Assembly (NCBI GenBank): GCA_008632985.1
Contig: QPGO01000127.1
Coordinates: forward strand, 1 to 64,000
Reading direction: 5' to 3'
Origin: Psammoneis japonica
Lineage: Eukaryota
DNA length: 64,000 nt
This document shows, piece by piece, positions 13,176 to 24,413 of the stretch. Position numbers and translations under genes: made by a program. The notes under the pieces were generated by a model. The model did not search any database. It saw only the letters and a program-made list of their open reading frames with translations, and was not told where the DNA came from. How positions within the stretch are numbered: position 1 is the stretch's first letter; each line of letters begins with the position of its first letter.

Positions 13176-13717
13176 GGTGTAAAACAAAAACAAAAAATCA
13201 CTTCCGACTGTATATTTTGTGAGCAGAAAACAAGTCAGGTGAGCATACTGACGGACGAGAAAATTGAAATTTCACATTTCACCATGATTGATCTTTCACA
13301 AATCGATTCGCTCTCAGACAACACTATCCCAACATCACATGCTTAGCATTCAGAATGCGTTCCATTACAGCGTCATGTTGGAGCAAACAATTCAATCATC
13401 AACAAAATGAGCAACGCACCGTGTCTTTCACAACACAATTCGACGGTAACGTGAGAAGTGAGTAGGTTTGGTGAAACGCTTGGTGTGCACCTCGTAGAAA
13501 ACTACGTGAGGTATTTTTCAGTAACAAGTACGACGGTAAGAGTACGAGTTCTGTAGAGCTCGAAACAAATGCTCTTCCGATGACTTGCATGACTGCCCGG
13601 ATGTCTTTCAACGGACATCCGATGCGTTGGACTTTCCGTTAGCCGTTAAATCAATTAACTTTGGCTCTGTCGGCGACACCCCCGAGCTCACAATGTCGCA
13701 ACAAGACAACAACAACC

Positions 13718-15340
13718 ATGTCGTCGTGGATGGATGTTAGAAACAGTTTCCTTTCTCCTTTTGTATTTTTGGAGACTCCTGATGCTGAAAGCAAACAACA
13801 TGTGGAAGGAAACAATACCGGAGTTTACGCCCTCTGTCTCTGCCGTGGAGGATCCAAGGGAATTAAAAAGAAAAACATTCGGATTGTTGCGGGAAAGCCC
13901 TTGTTGTGTTGGTGTCTGGATGCGGCGTTGGAATCAAATGTGTTTCAGAAAGTGTTTCTCTCCACAGATGATTCTGCTATTGAACGCATTGGTCAAAAGC
14001 ACGGATACCAAATTCATCAACGAGACCCGGCCACGGCGACGGATGGGGCGTCTTCTGAATCGGGGATTGCCGATTTTCTAAAGGCTCACCCGGAATGCCA
14101 TACGCTATGTCTTCTTCAGGCAACTTCTCCACAGACCCGAGCCGCGGATCTAAAGGGTGCTTATCAAGAGTTTTGCGTGTCAAAAGCCGACTCTCTCGTG
14201 ACGGTCGTACGCAGTCACCGTTTCTTGTGGGAAAAGAATGAAAACGGTCATGCCGTTGCCAAGAACTACGATCCAGCCAAGCGCCCATTGAGACAGGAAT
14301 GGGATGGAGAACTCATGGAAAATGGTGCCTTTTACTTTTTCACCACCAAATCGTTCCAAACGTCAAACTCTAGACTTTCGGGGCATGTTGTTGCTTACGA
14401 AATGGACGCGGAATCCTTGGTTGAAATCGACGAGCCTCGAGACTTGGATGTCGTTCAACGGATACTAAATGAACGAATGGTAGACAAAGAGTCCAAAAAG
14501 GAACCTATGAAAAGTGCCAAGATAATTGCAGAGATTGGAATCAATCACAATGGAAGTATGGATCTTTGCAAGAAAATGATAATGGCGGCGCACTTTTCTG
14601 GTTGCACCTTTGCCAAGATTCAAAAGAGAAATCCAGATTTGTGCATACCCAAGGACCAGAAAAGCAAGATACGATCAACTCCGTGGGGTGACATGACATA
14701 TATCGACTACAAGAGGAAGATTGAGTTCACCGAAGAGCAGATTGCGGAGCTTTGCGAGTTTGCAAACACGATTGGTATTACCTTGTTTGCTTCGGTCTGG
14801 GATAAGGATTCTGTCGACGTAATGGCCAAGTACTCGACCATTTCCAAAATCCCTTCCGCGTTGATTACCGACTTGGAGTTGTGCGCCTATGCAAGATCCA
14901 AGTTTTCCCATCTCATTATATCGACGGGCATGTCTACGGAGGAAGAGATTGAGGCTTGCGTACAGGCATGCTCGCCCGATGTTATAATGCACACCAATTC
15001 TACATATCCCTGTCCTCCAGAAGATCTTAATCTCAAGTATATTCTTCATTTAAAAGAAAAGTACCCCGAAGCGGAGATTGGGTATTCTGGTCATGAATAC
15101 GGAATCGTGACTACATTTGCTTCGTTGGCTCTGGGGGCAACATGGATTGAGCGCCACATTACACTGGACAGGTTCATGTGGGGATCGGACCAGCTTTCTT
15201 CGGTTGAAATTCCAGGACTACTCAAACTTGTAAAAGGTTCCACCGACGTAATGGCCGCAGTGCAGTACCCGCCAGGAGAGCGCCGTCTGTTTGAAGGGGA
15301 GCTTTCAAAGAAGAAGTCACTTCGTCCTACTACGAAGTAG
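13718..15340 (+). CDS. Fusion of acylneuraminate cytidylyltransferase (NeuA/CMAS-like) and N-acetylneuraminate synthase (NeuB-like)
   Basis: N-terminal RGGSKGIKKKN..GKPL, STDD, LQATSP, ENGAFY, EIDEPRD; C-terminal IIAEIGINHNG, KIQKR, KIPS, ISTGMS, HTNSTYP, GYSGHE, IERHITLDR..GSD; one intronless ORF. Confidence 0.9.
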   Translation: MSSWMDVRNSFLSPFVFLETPDAESKQHVEGNNTGVYALCLCRGGSKGIKKKNIRIVAGKPLLCWCLDAALESNVFQKVFLSTDDSAIERIGQKHGYQIHQRDPATATDGASSESGIADFLKAHPECHTLCLLQATSPQTRAADLKGAYQEFCVSKADSLVTVVRSHRFLWEKNENGHAVAKNYDPAKRPLRQEWDGELMENGAFYFFTTKSFQTSNSRLSGHVVAYEMDAESLVEIDEPRDLDVVQRILNERMVDKESKKEPMKSAKIIAEIGINHNGSMDLCKKMIMAAHFSGCTFAKIQKRNPDLCIPKDQKSKIRSTPWGDMTYIDYKRKIEFTEEQIAELCEFANTIGITLFASVWDKDSVDVMAKYSTISKIPSALITDLELCAYARSKFSHLIISTGMSTEEEIEACVQACSPDVIMHTNSTYPCPPEDLNLKYILHLKEKYPEAEIGYSGHEYGIVTTFASLALGATWIERHITLDRFMWGSDQLSSVEIPGLLKLVKGSTDVMAAVQYPPGERRLFEGELSKKKSLRPTTK

Positions 15341-15574
15341 TCTCTCTGGTTTTAGACATCGATCGTGTTACCGTTTATTATTTGGTCACAATGTTCATCA
15401 TGACAATGTCAATCGGATGTAGCTTCCAACAAGTGGTGCGCCGGATGCTCATTTTCTATAGCCTCCAACCAGCTAGACCGATGTTCATTTTCTATCCTCC
15501 AACAAGCTAGACGGGTTCCATCCATTATTAGGTCGCTTTATCGGCAGAATACCAAGTACAACAGCCTTCTATAG

Positions 15575-15680
15575 TAGCTAGCGTACCAACTCTAGCTGCT
15601 AGCTCTCTCTATTCTCTAGAGCTCTCTCTAGACCGGTAAAGAGGACCTACTAACTCTAGCTACCGGTAGAGTAGAGAGAG
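15575..15680. repeat. CTAG/CTCT-rich low-complexity intergenic tract
   Basis: tagctagc..ctctagctgctagctctctct..ctctagagctctctctagaccggt..ctctagctaccggtagag. Confidence 0.6.
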
Positions 15681-16849
15681 AAGAATATCTCACGACCGCG
15701 AAACGCGACTGACTGCGTTGCACTGTTGATGACTGCGTTGCATGCAGTGTATAAGGGTGTAGGTGTACAAGTATTGATTGTTGATCCGCGGAGCTATTCG
15801 CTGAATATCAGCAAGCAACAAACAACAGCATGGTACACTCGTATCCAACAGAATAGCCTGAAAAACCATGCCGCGTTCACGGTGGACAACTGAGAAGAAC
15901 GGACGATGCTTTGCTTTGCAGAGGAGACGTGAACTGGCCATCAACGAATTCTGGGAGATTTCTTGTGATTCCCTGCTACGAATCTCTCTTCGGGGAATGT
16001 CCTGACGATCTTACGATGCCGAGGAAAATGGCGGGCGGACCGGCCGAGCTGAAGGAGCACCGGTTTATTTTGAAAGAAGATTGAAGACGACGCCTTCAGG
16101 CGACGTGTGGGGCTGACCATTCAAACGTATGAAATAGTTTAGAAGAAAACGAGCAACTCGCATTTTCATGTGAGCATCACCGGGCCCAGCTTGTCCTTTC
16201 ATTGTTAGGCGTAACAGACTCAGTTCAACCTGCTCAAGATGCTCAATCACTCCCCCTCCGGTTGGATTCAGCGCTTCTTCTGAGTCATATACGTACTAAA
16301 TAATCATCTTGCCCTTTGCGCACTCAAGAATTGCATTCACAACTCTGCTGGGCTATTGTGGATAAAAGATCTGGCAATCGTGTCTTCAGGGCAACATTCG
16401 TACAAGCGACACACCGCTCCTCACAATCGTCCCTCTGCCAATGTTGATCTTCATTCTATAGTCCTTGATCTTCAGTCGCCATGCAGTCACTTCGCCCTAC
16501 TACAGAGTAGTCTCTTGAATTCTCCGTCCGGTTTTACTTAGTGGCCTTGTCTACGGTGTATTCGGTCACTATGTTCATCACGGTAATGCCAGTCAAAAGT
16601 CACTTCCACTTCTTCCACTTCGTGGTGTGCCGGATGCCCGTTTTCTCTACAGCCTCCAACTACTGGACGGTTTCAATCCATGTTCGCCTGATCGGCAGAA
16701 CCTCAAATGTACCAAAATGGCAGCGAGAGAGTCCGAGGTAACGAGATCGCATTAGTCTCGCCTGTGTCTAGCCGTTTCATTGACATGCAATTGACAAGAC
16801 ATAGACGAGAATTGAGCGCCTCTGAATGTCTGCGACTCTGAAACAAAAC

Positions 16850-19800
16850 TCACGTAGGGTTGACTGGATTACTGCGGTAACGAGAATGATTGATTAAAAG
16901 GGCACGGTGCCTGCTTTCGATCATTTCGACCTTGCGCCTCGCTCCGAATTCTTCGTAATACTTTGTTGCTTCTTCTAGCCTGTACGATGCTTCGTCAGAG
17001 TCACCACCAACGTCGAGCAAGTATTCTCCAAAGAGTTCAGAAAATAAGCCGGCTTCAAGCAAGAAACCTCCCCGCCGAGCAATGACGATGGCAGCTTGGT
17101 AAGAAAGGATGGCAGCACGTCTTTCACCATTTAACGTAGCGAACTGCGCATCAAAGAACGAATTGAAATGTACAACATTTGGATTGCCCTTGTCCACCCA
17201 ATCCTTGATGCGTCTTCGGATTGCAAACGCAGACCTGCGGTAAGCCTTCTTTCCCGTCCGACGAGCAGCAATAAAAGAAGAGATTCCCTTTGAGACGACA
17301 TCAAAGAGAATCACGGTTAAGGCGCCAGGATGAGACTTCATGGCAGCAAACGGGCCGTACTTTACAGCAAGCTTTGCACACGCTTCGTGCTCCCCGTACA
17401 TGGTTAGAATGTAGCACTCCAAGATACGACACTGGGTTTCGTAAAATGAATCTTGCATCAACCAATTTCGGTGGTTTTCGGCAGTGCAATAGTCCCCCAC
17501 CAGAGATAGAGGGTCTGTTTTGGTGCGCCCTGCCAAATTCGTGAACATTTGATAACTTAGAACAGTACTGCGATAGGCCACAATCTGATTCAACCCCTTC
17601 ATTTGTTGCAGATAAATTTCAATGTCGGCGATGCACAGGTCTAAGGAAAAGCTCGTCAAGTACCGCATATGGCAAAAGTTATGAATCGCCCAACATGCAC
17701 TCTCCGTATCGCCGGAACAAAGTCCGGATTTGTACGCACGCTCCAAAGGCTTCAGCTGGGCACGGATGGGTTGCGTCCACACCACTCCAAAGCAGTGAGC
17801 GACCAAGAGAGTACGCGACTCGACGAGGGGGGACGACTTGGGAATTAGTTTCAAGGCTGTCTGAGCCAACTCAGATCCCAGCCGAAGATTACCCATTACA
17901 CCTGCAAAAATAACCCCCAACGTCGTCAACGTGGAAGGCGTCACATCGGACCTCCCGTATTTGAGCGTCCAGTCAAAACTCCGAAAAAGCACAAGTGGCA
18001 GAATTCTATGCTGAGAAATGAAGAGGTAAACACCGAGGCGGTCTATCAATTGCAGAAGCTGGATCCTGGTCGGATCGCTTTCAACAGGGAGTGCCAAAAT
18101 ATCCTCGAGCAATCGGCCATTGCATGCCGCCTTCTTCACCTTTCTAATATGTAAGAGGGTGCGAAGGGACTGAATCACTTTGATTCGCGGAAAGACAATG
18201 CCAAACTGTCTCAAGAGGTCCAAGGTCTCCATGGCCGCCTCTTTTACATATCCTCGGTCTGCCAGACTATCCAACCACGTCATGTACACTTGCAGCTTGT
18301 CCTTGATGGGCAAGTCCGTTTCCTGCATGACGGTCTTGCAGTAGCTTTCCATCTTTTTCGCATTCCCTAGACAACTTTCGGCCGCAGCGCCCGCCGCAAA
18401 AAGATCTAGAGCCACTTCGCGATTATCCATTGGAAACGGCGTTTCCCCCAAGAGAGAAACTCCTCTGGAAGCATAGCTGCTTGCCGCATCAAAAGCAGAA
18501 ACAGCCATGGCTTTGGTGCATGCTTGGCGATTCAATTGAGCGAGTTCGAGTCGTTGAGCTCCATCCATGGGCAATTCGCCTTCGTTCAACAGATTCACCA
18601 CAACAAAAATATCCGATTCCAAATCCTTTGGTTGCAAACACGTCAACAGAGTCTGACCAACCAGTTGGCGAAAGGCGAGACGATCTGCCTCTTTGGGGAT
18701 AAGCAGCGAGGCAGCCTCTTGGATCTTATCGTGCGAAAAACTGTATTTGCCGATTTCTGCGTCTTGAAGGTAGCCGTCAGCGATTAGACATTCAAGATCG
18801 CATTTGACTGTCCCAGGCACAACGTCTGTTTTATGCTCTTCTCGGCGCATTTCTTGCAACAGCAAGACCAAAGTGTTTTCTTCAAAGGTCGAGCCCAAAC
18901 AAGCCGCTAAACAAAGAATCTCGCTCTGATTGTTGGACAAGCCTTTCATTTTTTCCAACAAAACGTCGACAACATTTTCACTCGCTCTTGTCTTTAATTC
19001 GATTTCATGCAAATCCCACGTCCATTTCATTAAGCCAAAGTTGTACGTTAGCAATTGATCGCGATGCAACAGACGCAGGAATAATGTGAGAAAAAACACA
19101 TTGCCCATTGTTCGCTTGTGACAAAGCGATGCAAGTCCCAGTGTTTGGGTAGAGTCCGAAATGGACAGAATATCATTGACAAAGTGGTGAACAGCCTCCA
19201 ATGTGAGATTTTCGACATGAATCTCTTGCATGCAAAAGCTGTCGTCCTTTTCTTTTGCATGCCATTTGCGCAGGTGACTCGACAATGGCTGTGTTTCAAT
19301 GACTTCGTTGGATCGATAGATGCCAATTATTAGCAATTGTTGTGTTGAATCATCATGATCCATCAACAAGGCGTCCAAAAGATCAAGCGAGGGTTCATCG
19401 GCTCTTTGCAAGTCGTCCAAAACCAAGACAAGCGGATGGAACTCTTGTGTAATAATTCGCATCCATCGACAAAATGCGTAGTTTAGTCTTTTCTTGGCAT
19501 CCATTGGGTTCTGTAGACTAGTAGCAGAACTCCGACTCCCAACATCCATGCACATGCTACTACCAAAAATTTCTTTTAGAATGGGAAACACTCGAAGCAG
19601 CACTTCCAATTCAGGGCCTAAACTTTCTTCCATACAAGCACACAAAGCATGAAATGCGTCGGGTGATTCTTGTTGAAGCGATAAGATTCGCATACAAATT
19701 GTTTCACAAACATCCGCTAGGGCCGAGTAGGGTTCCTTTTGATGCTCATCAAATTTGCCACGCACAAACAAGCCCTTTTGTTTTTGTAGTACAGGAACCT

Positions 19801-20119
19801 GCAACGTATTGGCCAGTGCCGTCTTTCCTGTACCAGAATAACCCGACACGAGAACAAATTGTTTCTTTTTCTTCTGCTCGTGATTGACAACATCCTCGAG
19901 TGCTTGAGAAAGTTGCTGGATTTCTGTCTCACGGCCATACAGGGTATTTCCAAAATTCAATTGATTGATTGTAAAGCCATTGTCGAGCTTGTTTACTTTT
20001 CGGGCAGACGGCTCAAACAACTGATAGGAAGGGGGCGTTGTGGATTTTTGTGGAAGCATTCCAAGATTTGATCCACCCGAGCGAGATTTGTCTGCAGTGT
20101 AAGCATGAAACTCATCCAT
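16850..20119 (-). CDS. STAND-like AAA ATPase with helical/TPR-like C-terminus (COG3899-like)
   Basis: LYGRETE, Walker A GYSGTGKT, GKFDE, Walker B LVLDDLQ, IYRSNE, GNVFF, FSHDKIQEAA. Likely start at MDEF (20119); the ORF extension to 20452 runs into eroded repeat. Confidence 0.85.
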   Translation of the reverse strand: MDEFHAYTADKSRSGGSNLGMLPQKSTTPPSYQLFEPSARKVNKLDNGFTINQLNFGNTLYGRETEIQQLSQALEDVVNHEQKKKKQFVLVSGYSGTGKTALANTLQVPVLQKQKGLFVRGKFDEHQKEPYSALADVCETICMRILSLQQESPDAFHALCACMEESLGPELEVLLRVFPILKEIFGSSMCMDVGSRSSATSLQNPMDAKKRLNYAFCRWMRIITQEFHPLVLVLDDLQRADEPSLDLLDALLMDHDDSTQQLLIIGIYRSNEVIETQPLSSHLRKWHAKEKDDSFCMQEIHVENLTLEAVHHFVNDILSISDSTQTLGLASLCHKRTMGNVFFLTLFLRLLHRDQLLTYNFGLMKWTWDLHEIELKTRASENVVDVLLEKMKGLSNNQSEILCLAACLGSTFEENTLVLLLQEMRREEHKTDVVPGTVKCDLECLIADGYLQDAEIGKYSFSHDKIQEAASLLIPKEADRLAFRQLVGQTLLTCLQPKDLESDIFVVVNLLNEGELPMDGAQRLELAQLNRQACTKAMAVSAFDAASSYASRGVSLLGETPFPMDNREVALDLFAAGAAAESCLGNAKKMESYCKTVMQETDLPIKDKLQVYMTWLDSLADRGYVKEAAMETLDLLRQFGIVFPRIKVIQSLRTLLHIRKVKKAACNGRLLEDILALPVESDPTRIQLLQLIDRLGVYLFISQHRILPLVLFRSFDWTLKYGRSDVTPSTLTTLGVIFAGVMGNLRLGSELAQTALKLIPKSSPLVESRTLLVAHCFGVVWTQPIRAQLKPLERAYKSGLCSGDTESACWAIHNFCHMRYLTSFSLDLCIADIEIYLQQMKGLNQIVAYRSTVLSYQMFTNLAGRTKTDPLSLVGDYCTAENHRNWLMQDSFYETQCRILECYILTMYGEHEACAKLAVKYGPFAAMKSHPGALTVILFDVVSKGISSFIAARRTGKKAYRRSAFAIRRRIKDWVDKGNPNVVHFNSFFDAQFATLNGERRAAILSYQAAIVIARRGGFLLEAGLFSELFGEYLLDVGGDSDEASYRLEEATKYYEEFGARRKVEMIESRHRALLINHSRYRSNPVNPT

Positions 20120-20345
20120 TAGAGGGAAGCATACATAGGCAAACAAGTGGGGGCTTGGGAATTCAAAAGTAGCGAGAGTAGAGCTAACAGTAAGCCCGTT
20201 TTGAAAACATCGTGAAAGATACAGAAGAGCCGTAAAAAAAACGTGCAGAGATATGAATGGGTCGTTAGGGGAGAGAGGCATCAGATTCGGGCTCGTGTAC
20301 CACGCAGATTCATTGATGATTGACATTGATTGATTCATCGCATCA

Positions 20346-23300
20346 GATGTCAGCATCTCCTGGTCACTGCAAGCACACCAGATGGACACACACTTGTCCA
20401 TCTGGACAGCTCTCTGGCCAAGGAGGAGGAGCAGAACAGTGAGAACCAACATTTTTGCTCACTCTTGCAAGGGAGCCAAACAGCACATGCATGACATGCA
20501 TTTGGGCAGGTGCCATTTGTGCGTGAGACTTGGGGCAGTTCTGCAGAGAAGAATCATTTTAAAAAGTCCATGGAGGTTGGGAGGAAGAGAAGAGATGCAA
20601 GAACAGAAGAAGCATGCAAACAGGGCACTCTCTGGCTGGCCTGAGTCCATGTCATCTGAGGCATGCTGCAAACCACACACCCAGCACTTTCTGAGAATCT
20701 GATGAGATTTCTTCTCTTCCCTTTCTTTGCACTGGTTTTTCTGATCAAAGTTGGACCACAACAGCTGTGGTCCACGAGATGCATCAGCCTTGCGGTCAAG
20801 GGAAAGATCTTCAATCTCTCTTTTGCAAGACTTTTAGAAAGCACTTCTGTCACCCATGCTGGATTGTTGAAATGTCCAACTCTTCTCATTGATCTCAACC
20901 TCTGGAGAGAATGATGGGTGGTGACAAATGTTGCACAAAGATCAGCCACCATGGTCTGCAATGCCGTCTTGCACCACAGTTTCTGCCTCAAAAAGCTTGT
21001 TCCCAGATTCGCTGTTTCTGTGAAACACTGGATGCCTTGTGGCGCTGTTTCTTCCTGAAAGACCTGTGCCACAGTTTTTCCAACAAGGAAACGAATGAAT
21101 TGTGGTCTGACTTCCATGGCAGCCAGGTCTTTGATGATTCAGGCAAGGATTTTGATGCAAAGCACTCCAGTTTGGTTGGCACCAAGGATGCCAGCCAGGG
21201 TTGATCCTTGTTGCAAGTGAGTTTGTCTTGTCCCGGGGAGGTGTCTGTGATGTTGGAGTTTGGACAATTGCCGCGGAGATTGGTGGAGCAGCAGGTGCTG
21301 GAGTGTTCTCATCTTTTCTGTGGCAACAATCCCTTCTGTTGCTTCTGTTTCCTTGACACCCTGGCACCCATTTGATCAAAAAGAAGTTCAGTGACATTGG
21401 CTGCAATTTTGCACAATTGTCGGTGCAAAAGGAGATGCATGCCTTTTCATCAGCAGCATGCTGGAAACAAAGCAAATCGCCCTTGCAATCATTGTCATCA
21501 TTGCAGTCAGCCCAGCAAGAAAACATGCAAAAAAGGAAGAGTCAACAGCAAAGCAAGCCCGTTTGCATGTGAGCACAGAGAAGAGGTGAGAAAAAGAAAA
21601 GTTGGTCAAACAAGTGCTTGACTGAAAAGACAAAAGCAACACAGTGATGACCATGTCAAAGGAACAAGACGTCTCTTGCCTGGCACTCTTGCAAAGGAAA
21701 AGCAGACTCAGGCACGTGCGCGCCATTGCAGTCATCGTTGACATGAACAAGAAATCCTGGAGGTGGCACATGGCACAAATCAACTCCTCTCTCAGCTGCA
21801 GCACTCTCCTGTTCACAACCAGGAACAACTTCTTTGTCATCTTGAGTGCGGTGTGCTGTCCATCCATTGCTTGCTCATCGACTGGGACTGCACTGCTCGC
21901 ACCTCCTTCTCCGACTCCTGTTCATTGCCCCTGCGCCAAGAAGCAAAAGTCAATTTTGTTTCAGTGCTGGTGTGCCTTCACCCTGCAATGCTGGCAACAG
22001 GTTGGTCCACACCCCCAGTGCGCCACAAAGTGCACAGCAGCAGGAGTGGATCTTTCTCACAGAAGAGCAGCCAGAAGCAAGCTGCCAGAGGGTGGGGCCG
22101 CTTCAGCAGCTGAAAGCCAGGCAGCTGGCACTGTGCATCATGATTTTCCTGGCATGCGCAACAGCTCCTTTGCAGCATCTGCTCGTTGGGAACCTGACGT
22201 GGTGATTGCAAGCACCCACCCACATCCCCTGCATTCACACAACAGAAAATGCCCTCACAAAAGAAGCCCCTCTCCCCAGCCCTTTGCACCCCCCCCCCCC
22301 ACTGCCCGGCTGGACATCTTGCCTGCTCCAGATTGCCCTTTGGCGCCATTCCTTCTGTTGCATTTCTGGCTTGCATTGTGGCAGGCAATTTGATTTAAAT
22401 CAACATCCTGAGCCAACTTCCACCCCCAGCTGAGAGACACCAGCTGGGCAGCAGCAACTGTTTCTTCTTGTGAGCCTTTCACACACCGGCCAAGAAGAGC
22501 TGACAAAAACAGGTGTTGCAAGCACCAGGCCTGAACATGGGCTTTGTCATTGACAACTGGCTCTGTCATCAATGAGAAAAGCAGGCATGAAAAATGCTCA
22601 TCTGAGGGTCCCCACTGCTGTGCTCCATCTTGGCATGAAATGAGTGACAGTCTTTTTGCTCTCAAATGGGGCAGGCATGTTCAAAGAAACCACACAGGCA
22701 CAGCTTCTTGCCCAGAGATGGCGCTGGCAATTTTTTGGAAGTGTCATGACAAAACACCTGAGTGTCAAAAGGCTTTTGATGTCAGCATCTCCTGGTCACT
22801 GCAAGCACACCAGATGGACACACACTTGTCCATCTGGACAGCTCTCTGGCCAAGGAGGAGGAGCAGAACAGTGAGAACCAACATTTTTGCTCACTCTTGC
22901 AAGGGAGCCAAACAGCACATGCATGACATGCATTTGGGCAGGTGCCATTTGTGCGTGAGACTTGGGGCAGTTCTGCAGAGAAGAATCATTTTAAAAAGTC
23001 CATGGAGGTTGGGAGGAAGAGAAGAGATGCAAGAACAGAAGAAGCATGCAAACAGGGCACTCTCTGGCTGGCCTGAGTCCATGTCATCTGAGGCATGCTG
23101 CAAACCACACACCCAGCACTTTCTGAGAATCTGATGAGATTTCTTCTCTTCCCTTTCTTTGCACTGGTTTTTCTGATCAAAGTTGGACCACAACAGCTGT
23201 GGTCCACGAGATGCATCAGCCTTGCGGTCAAGGGAAAGATCTTCAATCTCTCTTTTGCAAGACTTTTAGAAAGCACTTCTGTCACCCATGCTGGATTGTT

Positions 23301-24283
23301 GAAATGTCCAACTCTTCTCATTGATCTTAACCTCAGGAGAGAATGATGGGTGGTGACAAATGTTGCACAAAGATCAGTCGCCACGGTCTGCAACGCCATC
23401 TTGCACCACAGTTTCTGCCTCAAAAAGCTTGTTCCCAGATTCACTGTTTCTGTGAAACACTGGATGCCTTGTGGCACACTGTTTCTTCCTGAAAGACCTG
23501 TGTCACAGTTTTTCCAACAAGGAAACAAATGAGTTGTGGTCTGACTTCCATGGCAGCCAGGTCTTTGATGATTCGGGCAAGGATTTTGATGCAAAGCACT
23601 CCAATTTGGTTGGCACCAAGGATGCCAGCCAGGGTTGATCCTTGTTGCAAGTGAGTTTGTCTTGTCCCGGGGAGGTGTCTGTGATGTTGGAGTTTGGACA
23701 ATTGCCGCAGAGATTGGTGGAGCAGCAGGTGCTGGAGTGTTCTCATCTTTTCTGTGGCAACAATCCCTTCTGTTGCTTCTGTTTCCTTGACACCCTGGCA
23801 CCCATTTGATCAGAAAGAAGTTCAGTGACATTGGCTGCAATTTTGCACAATTGTCAATGCAAAAGGGGATGCATGCCTTTTCATCAGCAGCATGCTGGAA
23901 ACAAAGCAAATCGCCCTTGCAGCCATTGTCATCATTGCAGTCAGCCCAGCAAGAAAACATGCAAAAAAGGAAGAGTCAACAGCAAAGCAAGCCCGTTTGC
24001 ATGTGAGCACAGAGAAGAGGTGAGAAAAAGAAAAGTTGGTCAAACAAGTGCTTGACTGAAAAGACAAAAGCAACACAGTGATGACCATGTCAAAGGAACA
24101 AGACGTCTCTTGCCTGGCACTCTTGCAAAGGAAAAGCAGACTCAGGCACGTGCGCGCCATTGCAGTCATCGTTGACATGAACAAGAAATCCTGGAGGTGG
24201 CACATGGCACAAATCAATTCCTCTCTCAGCTGCAGCACTCTCCTGTTCACAACCAGGAACAACTTCTTTGTCATCTCGAGTGC
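20346..24283 (+). repeat. ~1.5 kb direct segmental duplication (20346-21849 and 22778-24283)
   Basis: Both copies start gatgtcagcatctcctggtcactgcaagc and end ctttgtcatct.gagtgc; near-identical, differing mostly at CG/TG/CA sites. Confidence 0.95.
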
Positions 24284-24413
24284 AGCAGTTTAGCCCAAAG
24301 CCACAGACAGCATCATCACCACCACAATTGCCACTGCAATTTCTTGTGGCTTCCAATTGCACAGAAGCTGAAACAGAGAACATGACCAGCAGCAACAACT
24401 GAATGAGTGGCAT
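22986..24413 (-). pseudogene. Secreted Cys-rich repeat protein gene, partly duplicated and TpA-eroded
   Basis: Signal peptide MPLIQLLLLVMFSVSA, then repeats C.GNC..D..C..GLNC..R..VPGC and CWADC.DD..C.GDLLCFQ..VPGCQG..RDCC (cf. the diatom CxGDCDxDxDC..VPGCxG..DYC repeat). Confidence 0.6.

Noticed and set aside
10786..15340. Glycan-biosynthesis gene cluster (GH125 + NeuA-NeuB)
   Set aside because: The genes are separated by RPS20 and have no direct pathway link; adjacency is insufficient evidence.
20120..20452. N-terminal extension of the 1200-aa AAA ATPase ORF with an apparent signal peptide
   Set aside because: Its first part lies in the eroded duplicated segment; probably chance read-through rather than true coding sequence.
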